Part shown: piece by piece, positions 58,019 to 64,000 of the stretch
Position numbering within the stretch: the stretch's first letter is position 1
Layout of the letters: each line of letters begins with the position of its first letter
Assembly (NCBI GenBank): GCA_020429915.1
Contig: JAGQKV010000020.1
Span: forward strand, 1,673 to 65,672
DNA length: 64,000 bases
Source: Candidatus Omnitrophota bacterium
GTDB taxonomy: Bacteria; Omnitrophota; Gorgyraeia; Zapsychrales; Zapsychraceae
Direction: 5' to 3'
The notes under the pieces: model-generated
What the model saw: the letters and a program-made list of their open reading frames with translations, nothing else
What the model was told of the DNA's origin: nothing
The model's database searches: none
Made by a program: the position numbers and the translations under genes

Positions 58019-58681
58019 ATGCCCGTAACCAACCGCAATATCGATACCGTGGTCAGCCGTATCCGTGAACAGATGCGTGACTTGCCCGACCCGTCGGTGA
58101 CACTTGTGGGCAAACGCTGGAAGAGCCCGTTTCTGGTCCTCATCTCCTGCATCATGAGTCTGCGCACCAAGGACGAAACCACCTTGCCCGCTTCGGAAAG
58201 GCTGTTCGCCCTTGCCGAAACTCCCCAGAAAATGATCACCCTAACGCCGCGACAGATCGAAAAAGCGATTTTTCCGGTTGGATTTTATAAAACCAAGGCC
58301 AGGACCATCCTCGGTATTTGCCGTGATATTATCGAGAAGTTCGACGGCAAAGTCCCGGATGATATCGATATCCTGATGCAAATGAAAGGCGTCGGTCGCA
58401 AGACCGCGAATCTGGTCCTGACCGAGGGCTTCGGGATCCCGGCAATGTGCGTCGACACGCATGTCCACCGCATCTCCAACCGTTTCGGCTATATTGCCAC
58501 CAAAACACCCGAAGAATCCGAAATGGCCCTCAGAAAGAAGTTGCCCAAAAAACATTGGATAGACTATAATGCCTTGTTAGTCACCTGGGGACAGAACGTT
58601 TGCAAGCCTATTTCGCCGCTATGTTCGACGTGCAGCGTCAATAAACTGTGCGCACGAACCGGCGTGACGGTCAGCCGCTGA
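58019..58681 (+). CDS. nth: Endonuclease III (HhH-GPD glycosylase with 4Fe-4S cluster)
   Basis: HhH LMQMKGVGRKTANLVL. Cys cluster CKPISPLCSTCSVNKLC. Confidence 0.85.
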   Translation: MPVTNRNIDTVVSRIREQMRDLPDPSVTLVGKRWKSPFLVLISCIMSLRTKDETTLPASERLFALAETPQKMITLTPRQIEKAIFPVGFYKTKARTILGICRDIIEKFDGKVPDDIDILMQMKGVGRKTANLVLTEGFGIPAMCVDTHVHRISNRFGYIATKTPEESEMALRKKLPKKHWIDYNALLVTWGQNVCKPISPLCSTCSVNKLCARTGVTVSR

Positions 58682-58747
58682 GCGGCCGGTTTCAGACAAA
58701 CGGATCCGGGACGGAATCGAAACGGACAGCAGGACAGGGGGAGAGCC

Positions 58748-60097
58748 GTGCAAAGACGGGGCGCGCTGATCACGCCGCAAATTCAGGATATACTCAAGTC
58801 TGCGAATACGGTGGAGCGAATCCGCGAGCTCTTCGCGGACATGCATACTTACGATATCTTCATTCTCTGCGAGAATCTGGAAGATGATGAGATCGCGGAA
58901 TGCATCAAGTCCCTCGGGATCCCCGTGGGTATTGAGCTGTTCGAGCAGTTCGACGACGAACGCAAAAAGGATATTTTCAATTGCTTCAACAAAGAGTGGA
59001 TGGCCGACATCCTCGAGGAAATGTCCCCGGACGAGCGCGCGGACTTCGTCGTCAAATTGCCGGACGAGCGGGTGGAGGAAATCCTCCCGCTGGTCGCGCG
59101 CGCCGAACGCATTGACATCAAGAAGCTGATCAATTATAAAGAGGACTCCGCCGGATCGATATTAACCACCGAATACGCGTATCTCCCGCAGGATGTCACG
59201 GCCAAGGCCGCCATTGAAAAGATCAAGCTGCAGGCCTTTGACCGGGAGACGATTTACTATATTTACGTCATCGATCATGACCGCAAACTGCTCGGCATCG
59301 TGTCCCTGCGCGATATTCTGGTGGCGCCACCGCAGCAGACGATCAGGGAATTCATGAATCCCAATGTCATCAGCGTCAACGTCAATGACGATAAGGAAGA
59401 AGTCGCGCGGAAGTTTTCTCAGTATGACTTTCTGGCGATGCCGGTTGTCGACGACGCGAGTAAATTGGTGGGGATCGTGACGGTCGACGACGTCATGGAC
59501 GTCTTTGAGGAGGAGGCCACCGAAGATATTTATAAACTGGGGGCCGCCGGGGAGTACCTCGACTACATGAAGTCGCACCCCTTCATGCTCGCCCGGCAGC
59601 GCACGGTTTGGTTGCTGATCCTGGTGGTGGTCGGATGCACCTCGGCGCTGATCCTTGAGCGCAACGAACACGCCCTGCAGACCGCGGTGGCCTTGAGTTT
59701 TTTTATCCCGCTACTGCTCGGCGCGGGCGGCAACGCCGGCACCCAGTCCTCGACCGTTGTGATCCGCGGGCTGGCTACCGAGGACATCAAACTGCACGAC
59801 TATCTGTTAGTGTGGCGCAAAGAAGTGATGGTCGGGGCGATGGTCGGTTCCATCATGGCCGTGCTGGGAGCGCTGCTGGCCCTGGTGATTCACAGTGACC
59901 CCCGGCTCGGACTGGTCGTGGGCTCCGCCATGATCACCTCGGTGATGCTGGCCGTCTCGTTGGGAGCGTTGCTGCCGATGTTATTCAAGAAATTGAAGCT
60001 GGACCCGGCCCTGATGTCCGGTCCGTTTATCACCAGTATCGTGGATATTGTTTCGCTTCTGGTTTATTTTAAAATCGCAATGGTGATTCTGAACTGA
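58748..60097 (+). CDS. mgtE: Magnesium transporter MgtE
   Basis: N-domain, tandem CBS domains, C-terminal 5-TM with GNAGTQ motif. GTG start. Confidence 0.85.
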   Translation: MQRRGALITPQIQDILKSANTVERIRELFADMHTYDIFILCENLEDDEIAECIKSLGIPVGIELFEQFDDERKKDIFNCFNKEWMADILEEMSPDERADFVVKLPDERVEEILPLVARAERIDIKKLINYKEDSAGSILTTEYAYLPQDVTAKAAIEKIKLQAFDRETIYYIYVIDHDRKLLGIVSLRDILVAPPQQTIREFMNPNVISVNVNDDKEEVARKFSQYDFLAMPVVDDASKLVGIVTVDDVMDVFEEEATEDIYKLGAAGEYLDYMKSHPFMLARQRTVWLLILVVVGCTSALILERNEHALQTAVALSFFIPLLLGAGGNAGTQSSTVVIRGLATEDIKLHDYLLVWRKEVMVGAMVGSIMAVLGALLALVIHSDPRLGLVVGSAMITSVMLAVSLGALLPMLFKKLKLDPALMSGPFITSIVDIVSLLVYFKIAMVILN

Positions 60098-60099
60098 CC

Positions 60100-61137
60100 A
60101 TGAAAATCGGATTGACTTTTGATTTGAAGACCGACTGGCCCTGCGGCGCGGACGACCCGCATGACGCCAACGCCGAATTCGACGCGCCTGCGACCGTGGA
60201 TATGCTGGAACGGGCCATTGCCTCGGGCGGCCATACGGTGGAACGCATCGGCAATGTTCGGCAACTGATCCCCCGGTTGGATTCTTTGGATGTGGATATC
60301 GTCTTCAATGTCTGCGAGGGCCGGTCCGGCCGCAACCGTGAATCCCAGGTGCCGGTGTTGCTGGAAATGTACGGGATCCCGTATGTCGGGGCGGACGCGC
60401 TGACGCTCGGCCTGACGCTGGACAAAGTGATGGCCAAGAAGGTCTTTCTGGGCGAAGGGATCCGGACCCCGCGTTTTTATCAGACGGATGACCCGGCGAC
60501 GGCGGACGAGTTGAATACCATGGAGTACCCGCTGATCGTCAAGACCCGGCATGAAGGCTCGTCCAAGGGGTTGGACGGCGGCTCCCGGGTGGAAAACGCC
60601 GCCCAGTTGCAGGACCGGGTACGGCACATCACCGGGCGTTATCACCAGCCGGCCCTGGTGGAGGAGTATGTCTCGGGTAAGGAATTCACCGTCGCGGTCC
60701 TGGGAAACCGGCAGCCGCTGGCGATGCCGGTGGTCCAGATCAGTATTGAAGGAAAGGTGGATTTCGAGCGCGAGATATATACCCACGCGCTGATCTGTTC
60801 GACCGCCCTGAAGTACATATGTCCGCCGGCGATCCCGGCCGAGCAGGTCCGGGAGATCCAGGACATGGCGGTGCGCGTTTTCCGGGCCGTAGATTGCCGG
60901 GATATGGCCCGGATCGATTTTCGTATGGACGCGGCCGGCCGGCCCTATGTGCTGGAAATCAATCCGCTCCCGACTCTGGACGAAACCGATGTGTTCCATA
61001 TTTTTCCAAAAATATTTGGACTTGATTTTAACGGTACGATCAACATAATATTAAACTTGGCGCTCAGCCGTTACAGGCTGATCGAATTGGACGAGAAGGA
61101 TATCTTGCGACCTTTCCTTACGGAAACGGCGGTTTAG
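60100..61137 (+). CDS. ATP-grasp ligase of the D-Ala-D-Ala ligase family
   Basis: Ddl-like central and C-terminal ATP-grasp motifs (EEYVSGKEFTVAVLG, RIDFRMDAAGRPYVLEINPLP). Confidence 0.65.
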   Translation: MKIGLTFDLKTDWPCGADDPHDANAEFDAPATVDMLERAIASGGHTVERIGNVRQLIPRLDSLDVDIVFNVCEGRSGRNRESQVPVLLEMYGIPYVGADALTLGLTLDKVMAKKVFLGEGIRTPRFYQTDDPATADELNTMEYPLIVKTRHEGSSKGLDGGSRVENAAQLQDRVRHITGRYHQPALVEEYVSGKEFTVAVLGNRQPLAMPVVQISIEGKVDFEREIYTHALICSTALKYICPPAIPAEQVREIQDMAVRVFRAVDCRDMARIDFRMDAAGRPYVLEINPLPTLDETDVFHIFPKIFGLDFNGTINIILNLALSRYRLIELDEKDILRPFLTETAV

Positions 61138-61168
61138 GAGGTTACTGGAAATTTACCCTGCAGACGAA

Positions 61169-62299
61169 ATGTTATCGTTGCCCCTCACCGCGGCCGAACG
61201 CCGCGTGTTGAGGCACTTCCACGGCGCTGATGAGACCGATTGGGCCGACTGGCGCTGGCAGCTGCGCAACCGGATCCGCAGCAAGGAGGTCCTTGAGAGT
61301 CTGGTCCGGCTGACGCGTGCCGAACGCCAGGGGATCGACGGCTGCGGCAAGAAGCTGACCATGGCGATCCCGCCTTATTTCGCGGCGCTGATCTCCCCGG
61401 AAGATCCCACGTGTCCCATCCGCCGGCAATGCATTCCGCTGGCCGATGAGCTGAGCGCGTCCCCGGAAGAAATGGCCGATCCCTGCGGCGAAGATAATCA
61501 TTCCCCGGTTCACGGTTTGGTTCACCGCTATCCGGACCGGGTGCTCTTTTTAGTCAATGAGATGTGCGCGATGTACTGCCGCTACTGCACACGGTCACGG
61601 ATGGTCGGTGACGGCGATCGCACCTTAAGCATGGCGTCCTATCAACGCGCCTTCGATTATATCCGTGAACACACGGAGGTACGTGATGTCCTGATTTCGG
61701 GCGGCGATCCGCTGACCCTGAGCGACCGTATCCTGGAGCATATCCTTCAGGAGGTCAAGTCCATCCCGCATGTGGAATTCGTCCGGCTCGGGACGCGCAT
61801 TCCGGTGACCCTGCCGCAGCGGGTCACTTCTGACCTGATCGGGATGCTGAAGCAGTACAATCCGCTGTGGATGAGTATCCACTTCAATCATCCCGCGGAG
61901 ATCACCCCGGCTGTCGCTCGGGCGTGCAATATGATCGCCGACGCCGGTATTCCGGCTGGCAGTCAAACCGTATTGCTGCGCGGGATCAACGACGACCCGG
62001 TCGTGATGCGCCGACTTATGCACGGCATGCTGAAGCTGCGCGTGAGACCCTACTACATTTATCAGTGCGATCCGATCCTGGGGTCGCGGCATTTTCGCAC
62101 CACCATCGCCGAGGGACAGGCGATCATGGAACAGCTGCGCGGACACACCACCGGATACGCAGTCCCGACCTACGTGGTCGACGGTCCGGGCGGCGGCGGA
62201 AAAATCCCTCTTTCTCCGAATTACATCGTGAAAAAGGAGAAGAAACGCTACATCTTGCGCAACTTCCAGAACGACGAGTATTACTACTACGAGTCTTAA
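61169..62299 (+). CDS. kamA: Lysine 2,3-aminomutase (KamA/EpmB family radical SAM)
   Basis: CAMYCRYCTR radical-SAM cluster. PLP lysine region. C-terminal DGPGGGGKIP. Confidence 0.85.
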   Translation: MLSLPLTAAERRVLRHFHGADETDWADWRWQLRNRIRSKEVLESLVRLTRAERQGIDGCGKKLTMAIPPYFAALISPEDPTCPIRRQCIPLADELSASPEEMADPCGEDNHSPVHGLVHRYPDRVLFLVNEMCAMYCRYCTRSRMVGDGDRTLSMASYQRAFDYIREHTEVRDVLISGGDPLTLSDRILEHILQEVKSIPHVEFVRLGTRIPVTLPQRVTSDLIGMLKQYNPLWMSIHFNHPAEITPAVARACNMIADAGIPAGSQTVLLRGINDDPVVMRRLMHGMLKLRVRPYYIYQCDPILGSRHFRTTIAEGQAIMEQLRGHTTGYAVPTYVVDGPGGGGKIPLSPNYIVKKEKKRYILRNFQNDEYYYYES

Positions 62300-62346
62300 T
62301 GCGCGCCCGAACCCGGGCCGTCTTATCCCCCATATAGGAGTGAGTC

Positions 62347-62649
62347 ATGAAAAAGCTGGAAATTATCGTTCGTGAGGAAAAATTTGCCGCCGTGATCGAG
62401 GTCCTTGAGGATTCCGGCATCGGCGGGGTGACCGTCACCGACGCGGTCGGTTTCGGACGTCACCGCAACGGTTTACAGCCCAAGAAGAAAATCGATATCT
62501 ACGTCGATGAGTTCCAGTTGGAGAAGACCGTGGACCTGGTCCGTCAGGTCGCCGCCACCGGCGTGACCGGGGACGGCAAAATCGCGATCGTGGCCCTGGA
62601 CAATCTCATCAAGATCCGCACCGGCGAAGACGGGGCGACCGCCATTTAA
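62347..62649 (+). CDS. P-II-like (GlnB-fold) small signalling protein
   Basis: 100 aa. MKKLEIIVREEKFAAVIEVLEDSGIGGVTVTDAVGFG is the P-II fold signature. Confidence 0.6.
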   Translation: MKKLEIIVREEKFAAVIEVLEDSGIGGVTVTDAVGFGRHRNGLQPKKKIDIYVDEFQLEKTVDLVRQVAATGVTGDGKIAIVALDNLIKIRTGEDGATAI

Positions 62650-62731
62650 TAGTCGCAAGTCATTAAAATTGGGCAAGTTACCGCGTTTGTGCTATACTTG
62701 ACGACTGTGGGCGGGGGAGTCGGAAAAATTC

Positions 62732-62759
62732 TTTACAAACCGCCTGTCTGGTATATAAT
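62732..62759 (+). promoter_or_regulatory. sigma70 promoter TTTACA-16-TATAAT for rpsU
   Basis: Near-consensus hexamers about 50 nt upstream of the rpsU ATG. Confidence 0.45.
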
Positions 62760-62811
62760 AGCGGATCTGTTAAGGACACTTAATAACCTCAAAGGTGGTG
62801 AATAGGAACTT

Positions 62812-62967
62812 ATGATCGAAATCAAAGTCAGTGACACAAACAATTTCGAAAAGGCCATGCGCCTTTTCAAGAAGGCTTGCCAAAAAGACGGGTTTATGAT
62901 GGAGCTGAAAGACCGCCGGTTTTATTCCAAGCCGTCCGAGAAGAAACGGATCAAAGGCAAGCGCTAG
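62812..62967 (+). CDS. rpsU: 30S ribosomal protein S21
   Basis: MIEIKVSDTNNFEKAMRLFKKACQKDGFMMELKDRRFYSKPSEKKRIKGKR, classic S21 sequence. RBS AAAGGTGGTGA. 51 aa, below the ORF-track cutoff. Confidence 0.85.
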   Translation: MIEIKVSDTNNFEKAMRLFKKACQKDGFMMELKDRRFYSKPSEKKRIKGKR

Positions 62968-63009
62968 GCAGTACATGAGGCCGGTCTCGGCCGCCGATTT
63001 CAACCTTGT

Positions 63010-63034
63010 GAGGGACGCAGATCTTGCGTCCCTC
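63010..63034 (+). terminator. Hairpin GAGGGACGCA-GATCT-TGCGTCCCTC after rpsU (weak U-tract)
   Basis: Perfect 10-bp stem 43 nt after the rpsU stop. Confidence 0.35.
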
Positions 63035-63053
63035 ATTCCTTTCCCGGAAGAGC

Positions 63054-63572
63054 ATGTCGAAGCCAAAATCCATCGCGATATTGATCGAAGAACAGTACCA
63101 GGTTCTGGAGGTATGGTATCCGTGGTTGCGGCTGCGTGAGAACGGATATGACGTCCGGCTGATCGGAACGGGGACCAAACCCGTCTACGGCAGCAAGGAA
63201 GGGTATCCGGCTGCCGCGGATGCGGCGATCCGGGACATCAAGGCGGACGATTTCGCTGCGGTCATCATACCGGGTGGATTTGCCCCGGATTTCATGCGGC
63301 GCGTGCCTGAGGTAGCCGCGTTCGTCCGGGCGATGTCCGACAAGGACAAGATTGTGGCGGCCATTTGCCACGGGGGCTGGATGCTGGTCTCGGCCGGGAT
63401 CCTGAAAGGCAGGAAGGCCACCAGTTTTTTTGCGATCAAAGACGACCTGATCGCCGCCGGGGCCGAGTGGTCCGACGAAGAAGTCGTTGTGGACGGGAGG
63501 CTGATTACCTCCCGCAAACCCGAAGATCTCACCGCATTCACGGTGGAAGTGATCAAACAGCTGCGCGCCTAA
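63054..63572 (+). CDS. DJ-1/PfpI-family protein (class I glutamine amidotransferase-like)
   Basis: Nucleophile elbow AICHGGWML. Start MSKPKSIAILIEE. Confidence 0.8.
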   Translation: MSKPKSIAILIEEQYQVLEVWYPWLRLRENGYDVRLIGTGTKPVYGSKEGYPAAADAAIRDIKADDFAAVIIPGGFAPDFMRRVPEVAAFVRAMSDKDKIVAAICHGGWMLVSAGILKGRKATSFFAIKDDLIAAGAEWSDEEVVVDGRLITSRKPEDLTAFTVEVIKQLRA

Positions 63573-63613
63573 TCGTTCGGGCCGCGGCTGATAACCCTCC
63601 TTTTTAAATCACG

Positions 63614-64000
63614 ATGCTCAAAGTTAAACGTATTCTGGTCAGTGTCTCCGACAAAAAGGGGCTGATCCCGTTTATCAAGGGATTGGCCGAGCTTGATGTC
63701 GAGATTTTGTCTACGGGCGGGACCGCGCGGCAATTGCGCGAGGCCGGGTTGACGGTCAAGGATGTGGCCGAGCATACCGGTTATCCCGAGATGCTGGACG
63801 GGCGGGTCAAGACCCTGCACCCGATGGTCCACGGCGGTCTGCTGGCCGTACGCGACAATCCCGATCATATGGAACAGGTCAGGCGCCACGGGATCGGCCT
63901 GATCGACATGGTGGTGGTCAATCTGTATCCCTTCGAGAAAGTGATCCAGAAAAAGAACGTCACTCTGGATGAGGCCATCGAAAATATCGATATCGGCGGT
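63614..64000 (+). CDS. purH: Bifunctional AICAR transformylase/IMP cyclohydrolase PurH, 3' partial (MGS-like domain)
   Basis: [12 protein letters not shown]...LSTGGTA...GRVKTLHP...NLYPF. Runs off the window end. Confidence 0.85.
   Translation, partial: MLKVKRILVSVSDKKGLIPFIKGLAELDVEILSTGGTARQLREAGLTVKDVAEHTGYPEMLDGRVKTLHPMVHGGLLAVRDNPDHMEQVRRHGIGLIDMVVVNLYPFEKVIQKKNVTLDEAIENIDIGG

Overview
The window is a mosaic. Most of it is high-GC (~60-65%) bacterial chromosome. Two compositionally foreign segments interrupt it.

1) nt 1 to ~10.3 kb (~45-50% GC) is the integrase-proximal end of an integrative conjugative element (ICE). It carries a + strand type IV secretion operon: VirB2-like pilin (5' truncated by the window edge), a VirB3-VirB4 fusion ATPase, a lipoprotein, VirB5/TrbJ-like, VirB6/TrbL-like, VirB8-like, VirB9-like, VirB10/TrbI-like proteins and a VirD4/TraG coupling protein. 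These are followed by an excisionase, a tyrosine integrase, an inverted repeat, a tRNA 3'-end-like attachment remnant and three hairpins. No relaxase or VirB11 is in the window. A secreted Sel1-repeat/FGE-sulfatase-domain fusion of intermediate GC (10.67-12.6 kb) sits between the ICE end and high-GC DNA.

2) ~49.8-55.0 kb (~35-42% GC) is a 5.2 kb islet that splits a host yjbQ-family gene. The islet carries its own intact yjbQ homologue in inverted orientation. It also carries an XRE regulator, an AbiEi/AbiEii abortive-infection (type IV TA) pair, a DUF4238-like N-terminal remnant and a convergent pair of unknown genes (a ~290-aa protein and a 276-aa double zinc-ribbon protein). This pair is a candidate uncharacterised defence module.

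The host DNA contains a PEP-CTERM protein gene behind a sigma54 promoter, a ThiF-family E1-like gene, a LolA-like/ABC/OMP export operon, and two paralogous N-acyl amino acid synthase (FeeM/OlsB-like GNAT) genes. Next to them is a tri-domain acyl-AMP ligase/ACP/lysophospholipid acyltransferase fusion. Together these look like a candidate aminolipid system. Further host features are an arsR-arsC-(Cys-rich peptide)-arsP operon with twin ArsR operators, and an Arn-like lipid-linked amino-sugar modification cluster (GT-C, GT2, flippase-like, oxidoreductase, epimerase, two DegT aminotransferases, GNAT) that includes a sulfotransferase. Housekeeping genes are csaA, yjbQ, pabB, pabC, lrp-like, aspartate aminotransferase, M48 peptidase, PilZ, pfkB kinase, era, nnr, nth, mgtE, a Ddl-like ATP-grasp next to lysine 2,3-aminomutase, a P-II-like protein, rpsU (missing from the ORF track), a DJ-1/PfpI protein and the start of purH.

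No CRISPR, rRNA or intact tRNA was found. Hand-counted coordinates may be off by 1-2 nt.
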